A stretch of 64,000 nt of DNA from an uncultured bacterium (GTDB lineage Bacteria > Ratteibacteria > UBA8468 > B48-G9 > DSTR01): contig CAZYCA010000044.1 of NCBI GenBank assembly GCA_964645405.1, positions 78,503-142,502 of the forward strand, written 5' to 3'. A program made the position numbers and the translations under genes. This document shows positions 63,429 to 64,000 of the stretch, piece after piece. Within the stretch, counting starts at the first letter, position 1, and every line of letters starts with the position of its first letter. The notes under the pieces were generated by a model. The model saw nothing but the letters and a program-made list of their open reading frames with translations, was not told the origin of the DNA and did no database searches.

Positions 63429-63995
63429 ATGAAGAAAGGTCGGTTCCACTTACTGATTGACAGGGAGATTCAACTGCGGTTTGTCGTGTATATTGTCATT
63501 TTTATGACTCTGGCGATGGCTGTAGGGAGTGTAGCAATTTTCTACAATGTCTGGGAGAGTATCCTTCAGGATGTTGTTGCCAGTAATGAACTGGTTACCC
63601 AGATTTATCACCTTTCCTGGAGAAGATTTTTACCGGTGAGTATCAGTCTGACCCTGGGCATGGCAGTTTTATCCTGTCTGGGCATGATTATTCTTTCCCA
63701 CCGGGTCGCCGGGCCGGCTTACCGCATAGCTACTATCCTGAAAGAGCTCAAACAGGGACGGCAACCAAATTTTAAGTTAAGGAAAGGGGATAGTCTCTAT
63801 CCGGTTCTGGAAGAACTGAAATCTTTTGCTGAACAGCAGGAAGCTATCACCAGAGCCGCCAGGCTGGTAATTTCCCACTGGCAAAATGTGGAGATTAAAG
63901 ACATAAGTTTTAATCTTTCCCTGAAAGAACTGGAAAACTGTTTAAGCCGGGGCAAAAAACCTGAGGAGGGCGAAAACCATGAGAAAGGGGTTTAG
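63429..63995 (+). CDS. Hypothetical membrane protein (2-3 predicted TM helices)
   Basis: Hydrophobic segments FVVYIVIFMTLAMAVGSVAIF and VSISLTLGMAVLSCLGMIIL. No family recognised. Confidence 0.4.
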   Translation: MKKGRFHLLIDREIQLRFVVYIVIFMTLAMAVGSVAIFYNVWESILQDVVASNELVTQIYHLSWRRFLPVSISLTLGMAVLSCLGMIILSHRVAGPAYRIATILKELKQGRQPNFKLRKGDSLYPVLEELKSFAEQQEAITRAARLVISHWQNVEIKDISFNLSLKELENCLSRGKKPEEGENHEKGV

Positions 63996-64000
63996 TCTGA

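Noticed and set aside
1-64000. Scan for CRISPR arrays, tRNA/rRNA genes and IS elements
   Set aside because: I saw no regularly spaced direct repeats, no T-loop/anticodon-arm-like structures in intergenic DNA, and no transposase-like (DDE, HTH-integrase) proteins in any frame of the ORF track.

Overview
This is a compact, gene-dense bacterial chromosomal segment (about 45% GC, many overlapping stop/start codons) with no rRNA, tRNA, CRISPR array, transposase or integrase that I can recognise. From the start of the window: the tail of an arginine-biosynthesis operon (argB' -argD-argF) followed by an M24 peptidase; then a six-gene anaerobe-type oxidative-stress operon behind a near-consensus sigma70 promoter (PerR/Fur-family regulator, rubredoxin, rubrerythrin-like protein, 1-Cys peroxiredoxin, 'reverse' rubrerythrin, desulfoferrodoxin). 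The rubredoxin gene is missing from the supplied ORF track. The largest block (about 10.0-29.6 kb, minus strand) looks like a single ~19.6 kb operon: a GntR-HTH/LacI-type regulator, two tandem prepilin-type (DUF1559/H-X9-DG-like) pseudopilin genes, four giant secreted proteins of 1111-1657 aa (three carrying a DUF4091/GH123-like 'VSDEP/VGDEP' module), and a DUF4838-like protein. It converges on a GH38 alpha-mannosidase. I regard this pseudopilin plus giant-glycosidase operon as the best candidate for an undescribed system. Class-III (prepilin) signal peptides of this type are typical of Planctomycetes-Verrucomicrobia-Chlamydiae (PVC)-superphylum anaerobes such as Lentisphaerota, Kiritimatiellota and Verrucomicrobiota, but the taxonomic guess is inference only. 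Next come a Nif3-family gene and a ~2920-aa cyclic beta-1,2-glucan-synthase-like giant (GT84 + GH94), then a convergent Opp/Dpp-type ABC importer core (B, C, D, F) with no binding-protein gene, and a DHDPS/NAL-family lyase. The remainder holds a leaderless rpmA, an AcpS-like ORF that lacks both Mg-ligand acidic residues, a YjeF-C dehydratase, csaA, a 730-bp non-coding gap with a 20-nt direct repeat, a sugar island (URO-D-like, TIM-barrel isomerases, a cytoplasmic Cys-type sulfatase, araD/araB-like genes, class-I xylose isomerase), lepB, dnaG-rpoD with its promoter, an MBL hydrolase, a second URO-D-like gene, an amidohydrolase and an LhgO-like FAD oxidoreductase. All functional calls rest on motif and architecture recognition by eye. 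No database search was run.
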